Source: Eledone cirrhosa
Lineage: Eukaryota
Assembly (NCBI GenBank): GCA_964016885.1
Contig: OZ024751.1
Span: forward strand, 21,824,001 to 21,888,000
Reading direction: 5' to 3'
Length of the DNA: 64,000 bases
Part shown: in pieces, positions 52,837 through 64,000 of the stretch
Numbering within the stretch: position 1 is the stretch's first letter
Layout of the letters: the number at the start of each line of letters is the position of its first letter
Made by a program: the position numbers and the translations under genes
Notes under the pieces: model-generated
Databases searched by the model: none
Told to the model about the DNA's origin: nothing
Seen by the model: only the letters and a program-made list of their open reading frames with translations

Positions 52837-55560
52837 TTGGTTTTCGCTTCTCGCTGTCTTTTATATATATATATCTGCGACAATAACCACAGTGGTAATA
52901 ACAACAATAACCACAGTGGTAATAATGGAAATAGTACATGTAGCAACATCAACAAAAACAAGAAACATAATAATAGTAACAACCACAATGGTAGAAATAG
53001 CAGTAACAACAACAACAATAACGGTGAAGTAAACAACAATACATCTAGCAATCATAACAATAATAATATTAATGCTAAGGATAGAAACAACAACAACCAC
53101 CATGATAACAATAATAGCAACACACACAACTATGACGATAGAAATAACGACAACCCCTTAGAGAAACTATTTTTCAACCCAGCTGACAAAACATATAAGA
53201 TGGGTAATATCTATCCTACGAGGTTACCCTTTAATAAAAGAGTTTGCATACCACAACAAATAGATGACGAGACGGAGGCACAGTTCACCATAGCTAGAAA
53301 TAAGATTAGACAAGTAGTAGACAGGTACACTATGAGACAGAGCAGACCAGAGGCCCAACAACTTGGGATAAAACCTGTAGAAGGCTTGGTTAGCCTCAAG
53401 CAGCGCACAAGGGATGGTGAGGTAGTGTGTCTACCCACAGATAAGTCTGGTAGGATGTCAATAGATAGCATGCCGAACTACATCGAGGCAATGCAACCCC
53501 ACATCACCAACACGAGCGAAGTTGCACAACTAACACACGATGGGAGAGAAAAAATCCTCAACGCTCACATGATGATGTGGACTGACATCCTAAAGCCAAG
53601 CAGACGCACTGCCAACAACTTCCAGGCGTCTAACAATGGCATACCACCCTTGTATGGGCTCCGCAAAGACCACAAGACAGTCGACGACCCGACAATAGGA
53701 CCACCAACAAGACCTGTATGCGGAGCTAATATAGCTAGCAACTACAGGATCTCCTACTTCCTCTCAATGGTTATACGCCCCATAATCAAGATGTCCCCAG
53801 ATGTATGTGAAAGTACAGAGGACCTCCTCAGCAGAATCAGTGAGTGCAACAAAAACAGGAGCCTATCCAACTGCATAATAGGCAGCATGGATGTGGTGTC
53901 ACTGTACCCATCCATTAACATTGATTTTGCTGTGAAAAGATGTGTGGAGATGATCATTGAGAGTGAGGTGGAGTTCTGCGACGTCGACACAGACGAACTG
54001 GGCCTCCTACTTAGACTTACCTACGACACTGACTACCTAGACAGCCATGACCTTAGATGTTTCTGCCCTAGTAGACCTATAAGAGGTAGACCCCCCACCA
54101 TAACCTCAATGGCTAAAAAGACTCCCATAGGAAGGTGGATTGGGTGGACCAAAGCTATACGGACCCCCCAAAACACTGATCAGGTAAGAAAAATGGTCGC
54201 ACATGCAATAGGGGCTAGTATCAAAACTACCCTAAAGGGCCACATATTTAAGTTCAATGAGAAAATCTACACCCAAAATGAGGGAGCAGCCATCGGCGTC
54301 AGCATAGCTGGCGATGTTGCCAACCTTTTCATGGTATGGTGGGAAAGGAGACTTAAAGATCTCCTTAATGAAAGCTCCATAGACCTCATCATGTACTCTC
54401 GTTATGTAGACGATATCAATATAGTTATAAGAACACCCCCACTAGAGAGCACTAACAAGTTTGATTTAGAACGTAGCACGATGGAAAGCATCCAGCAGAT
54501 AGCTAATTCCATACACCAGAGTATAACTGTAACTATAGACTTCCCTTCCAAACACCCTAACAATAGACTACCTGTATTAGACACAGAACTCTGGATTAAC
54601 ACTATAGACGAGAGAGCCCAAATTCTCCACTCACACTATGCTAAACCCATGGCCTCCAAATACCTGATACTCAAAAACTCAGCAATGTCCAGTAGTGCTA
54701 AGTTTAATATTCTGATCGCAGATTTGGTACGAGTGATGAAGAATGTGTCCAGCATGTGCGACCCAACAGAAATGGAAGGACACATCCAACACTTCATCAA
54801 CCGCATGCAGTTCTCTGGCTACAACCAAAGAGACAGAGTCAGAGTATACGAAGGAGCCATGGAAAAGTATAAGACCCTCATAGAACTGGACATGAAAGGA
54901 ATTTGCCCACTATACAGGAGCAAATCATGGAATAGCTTAGATAGGGCTAGACATAAGATAGGGAAGGCCACATCATGGTACGACAACCAGAGATATCAGA
55001 GTGTCATGTTTGTGGACGCCACCCCTGGAGGGAAATTAGCTAACCAGTGTAGAAAGGCCCTGAGAAAGACCCACTTAAAAATAAAGGTGGTAGAAAAGCC
55101 AGGAACCACCATAAAATCCCTGATCAGCAAAACCTACCCTTTTAAGAAAACCCACTGTACCAATAGGAAATGTATCATATGTAAGGTGAACCCCCGGATA
55201 AACTGTAAAACTAGAAACGTAGTCTATAGCATAAGATGTACAGAGGGTACTTGCAGAAACACGACAACAACATACATAGGTGAGACAGCTCGTAGCATAG
55301 GTGAAAGGATAGACCAACACTGGGGGGAACTAAAAGGACGAAAAAACGGGTCAGTACTATACGAACATGCTAGACAACATCATGACGGTAACATAGACAA
55401 CATAGAAATTAGAATAATATCTAAACATAGGAATGACCCAGCAGATAGGCAAATCAGAGAGGCCAGTGAAATAGAAATTAGAAGACCAAAGCTAAACAGA
55501 AAGAATGAGTGGAACAACAACAACACCCAAACAAACAACACTGACCTAAGAGAAGTATAA
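52837..55560 (+). CDS. Penelope-like reverse transcriptase-GIY-YIG endonuclease polyprotein
   Basis: 907-codon stop-free frame with PTDKSG, LYGLRKDHK, PPTRPV, GSMDVVSLYPSI, QNEGAAIG, YSRYVDD and LPVLD RT motifs, Cys-rich linker (HCTNRKCIIC...NC) and VVYSIRC...YIGETARSIGERIDQH. The first ~14 codons come from the inverted pLTR; first in-frame ATG at 53200. Confidence 0.95.
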   Translation: MVFASRCLLYIYICDNNHSGNNNNNHSGNNGNSTCSNINKNKKHNNSNNHNGRNSSNNNNNNGEVNNNTSSNHNNNNINAKDRNNNNHHDNNNSNTHNYDDRNNDNPLEKLFFNPADKTYKMGNIYPTRLPFNKRVCIPQQIDDETEAQFTIARNKIRQVVDRYTMRQSRPEAQQLGIKPVEGLVSLKQRTRDGEVVCLPTDKSGRMSIDSMPNYIEAMQPHITNTSEVAQLTHDGREKILNAHMMMWTDILKPSRRTANNFQASNNGIPPLYGLRKDHKTVDDPTIGPPTRPVCGANIASNYRISYFLSMVIRPIIKMSPDVCESTEDLLSRISECNKNRSLSNCIIGSMDVVSLYPSINIDFAVKRCVEMIIESEVEFCDVDTDELGLLLRLTYDTDYLDSHDLRCFCPSRPIRGRPPTITSMAKKTPIGRWIGWTKAIRTPQNTDQVRKMVAHAIGASIKTTLKGHIFKFNEKIYTQNEGAAIGVSIAGDVANLFMVWWERRLKDLLNESSIDLIMYSRYVDDINIVIRTPPLESTNKFDLERSTMESIQQIANSIHQSITVTIDFPSKHPNNRLPVLDTELWINTIDERAQILHSHYAKPMASKYLILKNSAMSSSAKFNILIADLVRVMKNVSSMCDPTEMEGHIQHFINRMQFSGYNQRDRVRVYEGAMEKYKTLIELDMKGICPLYRSKSWNSLDRARHKIGKATSWYDNQRYQSVMFVDATPGGKLANQCRKALRKTHLKIKVVEKPGTTIKSLISKTYPFKKTHCTNRKCIICKVNPRINCKTRNVVYSIRCTEGTCRNTTTTYIGETARSIGERIDQHWGELKGRKNGSVLYEHARQHHDGNIDNIEIRIISKHRNDPADRQIREASEIEIRRPKLNRKNEWNNNNTQTNNTDLREV

Positions 55561-55823
55561 ATAAATAAGTAAATTAAATAAAATAAAATAAGATAAATAA
55601 ATACATACACAAGCACATAAACACACACTAGTCACCCAGCAGACACAACACTATACACACTAGTCACACATCACACATAACACTATACACACACGCAAAC
55701 GCATGCGCAAAGAAGACAAAATAAAATAAGATAAACAAACAAGCAAATAAATAAATAAATATATAGACAGACTGAACAAAAAAAAAATGGCGTAGACATA
55801 CAACACAACAGGAGGAACAATGA

Positions 55824-55880
55824 ATATAACACCACTGACGATGTTGCAGATGTGCAACGAAAGATTTATGTAAACTATAT
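55824..55880 (+). ncRNA. Minimal type I hammerhead ribozyme-like motif in the PLE pLTR
   Basis: CTGACGA (55835-55841), one extra T, stem II gttgca/tgcaac, GAAA (55859-55862), near-palindromic agattt, UUA triplet; stem I short and interrupted. Confidence 0.65.
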
Positions 55881-56121
55881 ATATATGTGTTTGTCTATAT
55901 TGTATCTGTATTATTTTTGACCGCCGGTCAGTCAATGGCAACATTGAGGACCGAGTAAGTTAGATCGCAGATATATATATATAAAAGACAGCGAGAAGCG
56001 AAAACCAACCAAACAGTGAGTGTGTTCTGTTATTAATTCTGGCAATATTACGCAAATATGACCCTCCCCAAATATAACAATATCTGTTTCGACACACGAT
56101 TTCATATAAAAAACCTCGCAA

Positions 56122-56174
<53 letters not shown>

Positions 56175-56593
56175 ACCAATGTAGCTATCTTTGGATAAGA
56201 ATGGTAATAACAACAACAACAACATAGTAAGAATCCTAATAGACTCCTGAAAGTAGTTAGATACATACTAATTTAGTGGTTATCTGTTTGATAAAGAGTA
56301 AAGAAAATTATTGTAACGTAGTTAGCCATAGCCATGGGAAGGGCATCCAGCTGTAGAAACCAAGTCAAAATACAGATCCATCTGGGCAAGATATGGTCTC
56401 TGGACCTGACTTGCCTCATAAGGTGACAGCCCATCTAACCCATGCAAGCATGTAAAAATAAATGTTAAATGATGATTTAAGTGAATGTGAAATAAAATAT
56501 GGCAATAGTTGGAGTAACAAGAGAGAGAAAGAGTTGAAGATAATAGAGGATTCAGCATCTTTAGATAGAATGCAACAATAGAGAAATTATTAA

Positions 56594-56803
56594 TCCTTTA
56601 TTGTTCAAACCGGCCAGAATTCTCTACTTCTTTCTGTTGAAACTAGCTGTAACTGGTTGCTCAAACTGATGTTAAGGTATTGTTCTCAAAATAAATACTT
56701 TCAAAATCTCATAGATTCGATATTATGTGAGATAATTATGCGAGGTAAAGCCTTTACCATGAAAATATAATAGTATATATAGAGTAATGTGAATGCTAAA
56801 GGG
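56594..56803 (-). mobile_element. piggyBac-type MITE family A
   Basis: Reverse-complement match to 30854-31047, TTAA flanks. Confidence 0.85.
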
Positions 56804-56859
56804 TTAAATTAGTATTTTCTTTACAATAAACCTAGTCATTTTTGACTGGTCATGTCATA

Positions 56860-57830
56860 GTGCAGCCAGTCGTTGGGGTGCCAATCTAGTTGCTTTTGAA
56901 GTCAGTTGTCGCCATTGATCTCTATTCACCATCATGCGTAGAAAGATCTCAGTATTGTGACCAGTCCAGCTTTTGATATTAGACCAGGATTTCTTTTATA
57001 TGCCTCTTCTTTGCTCTCCCTCAACTGTACCCTGAAGGATAGTTTTGGACCAGGAGTTGTGGCTGAATATATGACCATACCAAGCAAGCTTCCATCTTTT
57101 CACTATTGTAAGGAATGGTTCCTGTCTGCCAGCATATTTGATAACTTGCTGCTCAATAAAGTTGTTTGTTTTGTGCTCTGTGTATGGGATGTGTAGCATC
57201 CTTCTAAAGCACGTGTATTCAAATGACTGGATTCTTCATTCCATGTCAACTCTTAGGGGTAATTAGGCTGATTATTCTGCAGTTCTAGCAGAGTCATAAA
57301 TTTCCTTTTTGGGGAATGGATATCATCAGTGATTGGGTCCACTTCTTTGGCCACTTCTTAGTTTCCCATATATTCTGACAGGTAACTGTCAGTGCTTTAA
57401 TAAGTTTTTGCACTCCACGTTTTAGGAGCTCTGATGGGATGTTATTTAAGTCTGTACACCGCCTCTTTGACTTCCTCCTGGAAAATTGGAGTATCCTCAA
57501 TTTCATTGTTCTTATTGGTGGAATTGTCCAGGATGTTGATATCATGTCTGAGTTTGTGGTTATAAAGCTCTTTGCAATACTTGGACCATCTTTTGATGGC
57601 ACAGTGGTGATGACACCAAGCATGAATATGGAATGGGTTTAATCGTTAACAAAACCAGAGTGAGTTCAGTCATCAGCTGTTCACCAGTATCCAGCAGACT
57701 CATCACCATGTGTGTGGCTGCAAGACCACAGTATATTACCATCATACAAGTCTATGCACCAATACTCAATTATGACGATGATGCTATGAGAACCCAGAGA
57801 AAATCATCAGGACAGCTCCTAAAAAATACA
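56860..57830. mobile_element. Decayed, rearranged RTE (BovB-like) LINE fragments
   Basis: Minus strand KLAWYGHI...KTILQGTVEG and IPSELLK...WPKKWTQSLMISIPQKGNL; plus strand endonuclease piece ITIIQVYAP. Confidence 0.8.
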
Positions 57831-58915
57831 TCCTCAGCATCTTTTGATGGGTACTATATATATATATTAATTAAAGGTTAATTAGTCTCTAATATTTAAA
57901 TATCTCAATGAGAGAAGTCTCTCAGAGAAGCAATATTATATATTATAATTAAGTGAGAAAAAACTTTAGTTATGGGAATACAAACAAGATTGACAAAAAA
58001 GTATTCTATCTAACCTTATATATAGATCTTCCTATCATGGTTTCATATGGGGAAGAATTATTATTGGAATCACCAATAATTGAAGAATCTACCATATTCT
58101 TCAGGGGAATTTAATTCTTCAAGAACTAAGAGAAATTGAACAAGATATAATACATACTGTTTCATTTGCTGAGGCAGCATGGTGGAATAAAAACACGCGT
58201 AGTGTTTCATTATCAAAATCTCCTAGCATATCAGGACTACTTGACAGATATATAATCATCATTTAACGTCCATTTTTCTACGTTAGCATGGGTTAGACAA
58301 GTTGCCCCGTTGTGAGACAAGCCAGATCAGATGACCATGTCTTGCTCATACAGATTGTATATATGTATATATACCCATGCTAGCATTGGAAAGGATGTAA
58401 GATGATGATGATGCTATATGTAAACAGTAAACAGAAATAACAAAGTGAACAGTGCAGTACATTGAAGATATATATTAGTTTAACACTTGAAATAGCGAAG
58501 CTCACACATTGGACGAACTTTCTTAGTAACAACATAATATTGGCACATTACTATTTTCCACAGAATAGTTGTTATTTAGTATTAATTATAGTTGTTGTTG
58601 AAGTAACTTTTTTGCCACTATATATGTTTATTATACAAAAATATATTGTAGATGGGTCTACATGCCCCTTTATCATAAACCATTATAACAAAAGGCATAT
58701 AAAAATAGACACATAGCTATTCACAAACTCTTTCTCTTTCCTGAATATCTGCATGTTAAATTCTGTCTATAAATATATATTCGTATATATCTTTAAAAAT
58801 CTATTTATAATGCCTTAAAGATTAGAAGCACACTTTGTAATGTGTGACTGAGTATGTACATCTTCACACCCCACTTTTTCCTGTTTTTTTTAGTACTATA
58901 TATAAATATGTATAT

Positions 58916-59266
58916 GGAGGCACATGGCTTAGTGGTTAGAGGATTGGTCTTGCAATCGAAAGGTTGTGAATTCAATTCTCAGACCGGGTGATGTGTTGTT
59001 GCCTTGAGCAAGACACTTTATTTCACATTGCTCCAGTTTACTCAGCTGTAGAAATGAGATGATAGGGACTGGAGTCCCTATCATTCCACTACAAGGTGGT
59101 CGGGGAGGTGCCATGACAAAAAGAAAAAGCACCCAACACCCACGTCTTCCTTCAACTGGCATTTCCTGGCACTTCTTCACCCATCACCCAGCGGTCATCC
59201 TCCATGTGCATCACATGTCCATACCACCGCAGTCTCCTCTCTCGCACACTACATTCTATCCCTCTC

Positions 59267-59345
<79 letters not shown>

Positions 59346-59461
59346 CATCATTCATCATCATTTCATTTTACGTCCACTTTTTCCCTGCTTGCAAGGGTGG
59401 GACGGGAACTGATTTTGGCTTGATTTCTACAGCTGGATGCCCTTCCTAACACCAACCTCAT
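58916..59461 (+). mobile_element. Same SINE family, interrupted, with tail inverted
   Basis: 58916-59135 matches 16329-16545; 59345-59461 is the reverse complement of 16557-16664. Confidence 0.8.
59140..59266 (-). mobile_element. RTE LINE fragment
   Basis: RGIECSVRERRLRWYGHVMHM and KKCQEMPVEGRRG. Confidence 0.8.
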
Positions 59462-60024
59462 ATATATATATATATATACATATACACATGTATATATATA
59501 TATACATATATATATATATACATATACACATGTATATATATATATACATATATATATATATACATATACACATGTATATATACACACACACACATATATA
59601 TATAGTCTTATTCATTATATAAACTGTTTGTATTTATGATGATGATGATGCTGTAAGCATCTTTAGTCTTTAGCTTTGCTATGGAGAGGAGGATGTAATA
59701 ATATACAAAGTATCCCAAATTATGGCAAGTCACGTGTTTGACATGAAAACAACTGGTTTGGAGCAAGCAGATAATTTGCATAATTTTGTGTAGTCAGTCA
59801 CATGTTCCAGTGTAGATAACAGCATAGTTTTAGCTAATAGATAAAACTGTTATAATCTGATGCCTACAGGTTAGACCAGAGAAGTGTGTGGTGGAGGTGG
59901 TGGTGGTGGTGGTCAGTGGCAGTAGGTTTACACGTGGGCCAGTTGACAATTTTATCGGACCAACATCCCACTCAAATTTTGGTTTTGTGCATGTACGTAC
60001 ATCGTGTACATGCAATATCAATCG

Positions 60025-60061
<37 letters not shown>

Positions 60062-60351
60062 ATATATATATATATATATACACACATACACACACACACA
60101 CAGACATATATATATTATTATTATTATTATTATTATTGAGTCTTGTTACTTTTCGCCTGTTTTCACTTTTCAGCCTTAATAATAATGAATATTAAAACTC
60201 TATTTTGGTATTGAGTACGTCATTCTTTTAGCTGTCACATATGGATATATATATATATATATATGTAAAAGGTAAATGTAAATAACAAAACAATCGGTAC
60301 AGTATATGGAAGGAATATATTTGTTTAACACTTGAAATAGCAGGAAGAGGG

Positions 60352-60387
60352 TCTTAACGTTTTGGACGCTAGTCCTTCATCAGAAGA
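60352..60387 (-). ncRNA. Degenerate minimal hammerhead motif
   Basis: Minus strand tctt CTGATGA a gga ctagcg tcc AAAA cg TT aaga; G12 changed to A at a CpG. Confidence 0.5.
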
Positions 60388-60752
60388 GAGAATGAGAAAT
60401 TAGAAAGATTGAAGGGATTGGCAGGGTGGAATCGGAAAAATGATTTTAGAGAAAAATAACAGGTCCATTCATGTTTCCATCTCTTATATATATATATAAG
60501 ATTTTTGATGATTTAGTGTTAAAGAATAAAAACTAATGAGAAAATAAAAATATATTAAAAAAAAAATGAGGCCTCTGAGGGTATGTGGCCCTAAGCTATA
60601 GTTTATTTAGCTTATAAGTAAGTCCAGCACTAGTGTATGTATACACACACATTTATATAAGTCACACAAGTGCTAAGTAATAAGTATTTCAACAAATGGT
60701 ATCACAAAAGCAGACTATATCTCAATAAAACATTAATTCTATCCTTACTTAA

Positions 60753-60959
60753 CCCTTCAGCATTTACATACTCTATATATACTATTGTATTTTTACAGTA
60801 AAGGCTTTATCTCACATAATATCGAATCTATGAGATTTTGATATTATTTATTTTGAGAACAATACCTTAACGTCAGTATGAGTGGCCAGTTATGGCTGGT
60901 TTGAACAGAAAGAAGTGAGAGAAATCTGGCTGGATACAGCCGGTTTAAATGCTAAAGGG
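60753..60959 (+). mobile_element. piggyBac-type MITE family A
   Basis: Family body and TIRs. Confidence 0.85.
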
Positions 60960-60998
60960 TTATGGTCTCTGATAAGTGATTCTCAAAATCTATAATAC

Positions 60999-61123
60999 TT
61001 AATCTTCAAAGAAAAAATTGCACAGTTGATCTTCACCATTTGTATCTATATAAGCCCAGATATTCAGTCTACTGGAAGAAGATCTTACAGCTTTAGAGGA
61101 CACTGACACATATATCTGAGGAC
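60999..61123 (-). CDS. Possible terminal coding exon of an unidentified upstream gene ((G)PQIYVSVSSKAVRSSSSRLNIWAYIDTNGEDQLCNFFFED*)
   Basis: cttttgttgttaacag acceptor, open non-repetitive frame to TAA; no homology recognised. Confidence 0.25.
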
Positions 61124-62301
61124 CTGTTAACAACAAAAGGATTATCTCTCTGCAAATAGTAGATTGTATGATGGATGTGAGAAATACAATGTTACACAAT
61201 AGCAAGACATGCGTGGTGAATGCATGAATGCAGAAGATAAGTGAAGGTTAGAGAGAAATGAATCAAGCATTCTTCATTAGATGTGTAATATCAGTATGAA
61301 TGAATGGTAAAGCACAGATGAGCTGAATAAAAAAAAATGGGAATATCATCATCATCATCATTATCATCGTTTAATATCCATTTTTCATGCTAGCATGGGT
61401 CAGATGAGTTGTCCTGTTGTGAGACAAGTCAGACAAGGTGACTGTCTTGCTCATATTGGACTGTTTCTGGCTTGGTTTCTATAACTGGATGTCCTTCCTA
61501 ACACCAACCACATTTACAGTGTGGAGTGGGTACTTTTTATTATGGCACCAAAATGAGCAACTGACAGGTTAAACTGGGTACCTTTTCATTGTGTCACCAG
61601 TATGACCCTCTTACAGAGTAGATGGGCACAGGAGAGAAAATTGCGGTGGCATAGACATATAATGTATATAAACGATGATCACTGGGTGAAGAAATGCCAG
61701 TTCTAAGTGGAAGTAAACTGAGGAGAGGAAGACCAAAAAAGATGTAGGATTGACATACTAAAAACTGATGTAAAAGTGATGACGATGGTGGTGGTGGTGG
61801 TGTGGTGATGGTGGTGGTGGTGGTGATGATGATGATGATGATGATGTTAGGGATGATTACGATGACACCAACAACTTTATATTTCTATCATGATGATTAA
61901 CATATACAATTTGCTGAATTTTTTGTGTATTTTTTTAAAAAACAACTGAAGCTACTGAAGTTAGAAGTGACAACTGTGTTAATGAAAGATGCAGACAAAT
62001 AATTCTATTTTACAAATGTAAATACAATTATAAGAGATAATAATGTTTTTGCTGCAGCTTTTGAAACGTGAAATTGAATTGTAGCAAGGAAAACAATCGC
62101 GCAATGAAAGACGTCTTTCTGCTTCAGTGAATAGAACATTTAACAGTGACCGCAAGTCTGACAGAAGGAGATAGAGATATAACTTATTAAAATGAATGAT
62201 ATTTCATTGTTCTGAAAAAGGAGTCTCCATTTTCATAGAGATTTCCACATCTATCCAAAAGGTGAGGATTTGTTGATAATTAATTCAAACATAATCTAGA
62301 T

Positions 62302-62692
62302 CAGGTATGGGAAACCTTTGTTGAGCAGTGAGCAACATGAGATATGGCTCATCATAAGGTGGGACACATGAGATATGGCTCATTATAAGATGGGACACAT
62401 GAGATATGACTCATCATAAGGTGGGACACATGAGATATGGCTCATTATAAGATGGGATACACGAGATATGACTCATCATAAGGTGGGACACATGAGATAT
62501 GGCTCATTATAAGGTGAACCACATGGGATATGGCTCATCATGAGGTGGACCACATGAGATATGGATCATTGTTTGACAGGCCATATGAGATACAGTTCAT
62601 CATGTGGCAGGTTGCAAGTAAAACACTCAAGGTAATTTTTAATTATGTGAGTCACTCAGAAAACTAAAGGGACCACAATTTGCCCATACCTG
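62302..62692. mobile_element. hAT/Charlie-like MITE containing a 30-bp minisatellite
   Basis: TIRs caggtatgggaaa / tttgcccatacctg; imperfect 8-bp flanks atctagat / atttgaat; internal array 62335-62600. Confidence 0.7.
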
Positions 62693-63223
62693 ATTTGAAT
62701 AATATGAATTAGGATGTTATGACTATTGTAAGAAAATACTTTTCTCCTCATCTTCAAAATCTAGAAGGGCATCTGACAAGTTTAAAATACAATGATTTCA
62801 GCTCGTACTTTCTTCAGTTGCAGAGCAGATCCAATAATGCAATATCCATTTTCTCTTTTAGAGGGTCCAGTTGGTTGTGGGGGAAACATAATTATACAGT
62901 ACTTTACAAATAATTCTGCCATAGATGGTTCCAAGTCTGGTTGGGTAAGTTTGGAGGGTTGGCCATGGCTGGAGAGATACTATGATTGTAAGAAAAGAAG
63001 ACCAATGAATTGATGAATTCAGTGATGAAGCAAAGGACAACAAAGATATGTGAAGTCATTGATACCACCAGACAGAACGATGCCCATGGACATTAAGAAG
63101 ACATTAAAGATAGAGTTGAGACTATTTTTTGCAATTTCAAAACCAAATCTGCCATTAGGCACACTCAGGTGATGAGAAGGAAGTAAGGAAAAGAACTGAT
63201 GTAGTCTTGGTTGATCCAAGACA

Positions 63224-63424
63224 TACCATACATACTCAAGTATAAGTCAAGGAATATGTGATCCCACCTCCAAAAAATCTATGGTAGAAGTGGGGTCGGC
63301 TTACATTCGGGGGCAATATTTTGACGAATTTCTCCAATTTCAAATTCTACATAAATAAAGTTTAGATTTTTGGCCATTTCTCAGACATAATATATTCGAC
63401 ACTTATATTCGAGTATATACGGTA
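63224..63424. mobile_element. pogo/Tigger-like MITE
   Basis: taccatacatactcaagtataag / cttatattcgagtatatacggta TIRs; relatives at 31545-31689 and 37755-37950. Confidence 0.7.
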
Positions 63425-63597
63425 ATTTGCTTCCACCAAGTTGATTTATAAACAAGGCTCACTTTCACTGCCAAGACTATATGAGTTCTCTCTCGTTTGT
63501 TTCTCATCATCACAACAGACCCTAAAGAGAGTTTCAGTATTGGAAACATAAGCTCAGTTGATTGATGATGATGATGAAGCTGATGATGATGATGGTG

Positions 63598-63920
63598 GTG
63601 AAGGTGCTTGGCTTAGTGTTTAGAGTGTTCAGTTGACGATCGTAAGGTCGTGAGTTCGATTCCTGGATAGGGTGGCGCGTTGTGTCTTTGTGCAAGACGC
63701 GTTATTTCACGTTGCTCCAGTCCACTCAACTGGCAAACATTAGTTGTATCTGTAATTCAAGAAACCAACTTTGTCACGCCGAATCTCCATGAGAACTACA
63801 TGATGGGTGCTCGTGTCTGAAATGTTTAGCCACTTACAACGGACATTTCACGAGCAGACAGTTCCGCTGATTGAATCAACTGGAGCACTCGTCGCCAGAA
63901 ACCACGGAGGTCCAACAACA
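63598..63920 (+). mobile_element. tRNA-derived SINE (third tail type)
   Basis: tggcttagtgtttagagt / gagttcgattcc boxes, core, (caa)n end; reverse relatives near 19745-20030 and 5190-5370. Confidence 0.8.
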
Positions 63921-64000
63921 AGATTGTCAACTTAATGTTTATGATACATTAAATAAACAATTATTAGTACTCTTATTTTGTAAATAATTTACCTGCGTAC

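Larger units (their letters stand above)
52739..56182 (+). mobile_element. Penelope-like retroelement (EN+), 5'-truncated, with inverted 5' pseudo-LTR fragment
   Basis: RT plus GIY-YIG ORF; 52769-52880 is the reverse complement of 55965-56076; (TA)n on both sides; hammerhead-like motif in the 3' non-coding part. Confidence 0.95.

Noticed and set aside
52837-52880. Listed start of the 907-aa ORF
   Set aside because: Non-ATG codon inside the inverted pLTR; the true element 5' end is truncated.
52837-55960. Selenocysteine-encoding (Naiad-type) PLE
   Set aside because: No in-frame TGA in the ORF and no clear SECIS seen.
55915-55970. HDV-like ribozyme
   Set aside because: Could not build the nested double pseudoknot; kept only as a GNRA hairpin.
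59059-60195. ORFs rich in YIYI/CVCV
   Set aside because: Translations of (TA)n/(CA)n microsatellites; the same applies to most short ORFs in the track.
62335-62600. CRISPR-like array
   Set aside because: Contiguous tandem units without unique spacers, in eukaryotic DNA with no cas genes.
62790-63220. Coding exon or transposase remnant
   Set aside because: Stops in all frames and no recognisable motif; cannot be called.

Overview
AT-rich, microsatellite- and repeat-rich animal genomic DNA; the repeat repertoire (tRNA-derived SINEs with (CAT)n tails, RTE LINEs, a Penelope-like element) suggests a cephalopod such as Octopus (inference). The minus strand carries the first three coding exons of CSTF3/CstF-77 (41245-41084, 30138-30037, 26484-26389), with exon 2/3 sizes and phases as in human and a promoter near 42.0 kb. 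I could not find exon 4 in the remaining 26 kb. Exon 3 has a weak donor, and the intron after it holds several candidate early exits (a read-through poly(A) site, three to four tiny terminal exons with AATAAA and U/GU-rich elements) plus a sense-strand minimal hammerhead ribozyme. This looks like an expanded form of the known CstF-77/su(f) intronic-polyadenylation feedback loop. At 52.7-56.2 kb is a 5'-truncated Penelope-like retroelement with an uninterrupted RT-GIY-YIG ORF, an inverted pseudo-LTR, a hammerhead motif and an inverted copy of its own flank. The rest is RTE and L1/Tx1 fragments, SINEs, piggyBac/hAT/pogo-type MITEs and TE-derived minisatellites. All calls were read by eye; repeat boundaries are approximate.
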